Origin: the human T2T-CHM13v2.0 reference genome, Homo sapiens
DNA: 64,000 bases
Strand: one strand, 5' to 3'
NCBI RefSeq assembly: GCF_009914755.1
Contig: NC_060935.1
The notes under the pieces are model-generated. The model did no database searches and was not told where the DNA came from. It saw only the letters and a program-made list of their open reading frames with translations. Within the stretch, counting starts at the first letter, position 1; every line of letters begins with the position of its first letter. This document shows positions 61,446 to 64,000 of the stretch, piece after piece. The position numbers and the translations under genes were made by a program.

Positions 61446-62632
61446 AGGTAGGTGCACTACATAAGTACTTACCTTCCCTCCTCCATCTGCTAGTTATCAT
61501 TTATAAGTCCAGATTTTATAGAGCTGTTTTAAAATATGGCAAACCTGTCTTGCCATTGTGTTTAGTTTTGAAAATGCTTTCCTCCTAACTCAGTTTCTCT
61601 TACATTAGTTTAAAATACTATAATAGGAATAATATGAATTAAACAAATACAGAGGGGGTAAAAATCCCACTCACAATTACTTGTCTGGTATCACCCTTTG
61701 TTGATTACATTTACACTGCGAATTGTTATTTTCACATTGGTATTATTAATGGGCATTTTGAAACTATAACATTAATTTGATGAATCAAATTTTATTAGTT
61801 CAGGTCATTATCTTTTTTCCCCTTGCCCCTGTGGTGGGTGAGGTCATTTGCTTTTAGAAACATGCGATTTAGAAACATGTGATTTCTTGTGATACATATA
61901 TAAACACATATAAACACATGCATCTGTTTTTTAAATTTCAGCAGCTGAACATAAAGAAATCTAATATATAAAATAATAAAAACGCTTTGCATTAATTTAT
62001 AAACATGTGCATTAAAAGGCAATTTCAATACACTTTCCAGTTTTGTGCCAGGTTCTTGATTATATTCAGTAGCATGCTTACCTTCTTTAAATACACATAA
62101 GGAATCTTCTTTATTTTCACTATAAATCTGTTATAATGGAAACTCTGATTTTATATTTCTCTGTAATGGAGTCAACTATCACCTGGCCTATGCAGGCAAG
62201 TGCAAAGAGGTGACAGTTTTTATTTGTGCCATAACCACACACAGCTTTAAATGTTTTTACTATAACATATTTTAGAAAGCTAACAAGCTAGAGAGAGCGG
62301 TGAAGGGCTCTCTCAGCATGTTCCTCTCTGTCTGTGTGTTAGTTTTGCTTTACTTTTTCTTTAATCTGTGTCTGTGTGTGTGTGTTTGTGTATGTGTATG
62401 AGAGAGAGAGAGCGAAAGAGTCTTATTTTTGTCTTAATGTGTGCCTCCTCTAATTTTTTGTCTTCCTTTTTTCTTTCACTTCATATACATAGTAAATATA
62501 AACAAATGGAAATTTTATATTTCTCACTTTTGAAATGATAAATTTACTTGGGTATCCCCTCCATAAATGGATGTCAAACTTCAATGTATGTAAGTGTCAA
62601 TTGCCAGTTATATCTATTAGGAAATACAGATT

Positions 62633-64000
<1,368 letters not shown>

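Overview
Primate (very likely human 11q14.3) genomic DNA, AT-rich and repeat-dense. It holds the 5' part of NAALAD2 (glutamate carboxypeptidase III, M28 family) on the + strand. I could splice 11 GT-AG coding exons (30840-59696, 1278 nt, codons 1-426) in frame, including Zn/catalytic residues H367, D377, E414 and E415; the gene continues past the window. The ~30 kb upstream is mostly L1/Alu/MaLR/ERV remnants plus a retroposed SNORD56-like C/D snoRNA copy with target-site duplications. The most notable unexplained structure is a ~470-bp locus-specific inverted duplication of intron 8 sequence inserted into an L1 in intron 11. The two arms bracket exons 9-11. A back-spliced 289-nt circle of those exons would carry a 95-aa ORF filling 288 of 289 nt. 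Other oddities: a 74-bp perfect AT palindrome, an L1 carrying a local copy of its own 3' UTR, an Alu with an inverted tail, a near full-length Tigger2, and a sense LTR12 in intron 11. Repeat subfamily names and reference comparisons are from memory, and identities were counted by hand.
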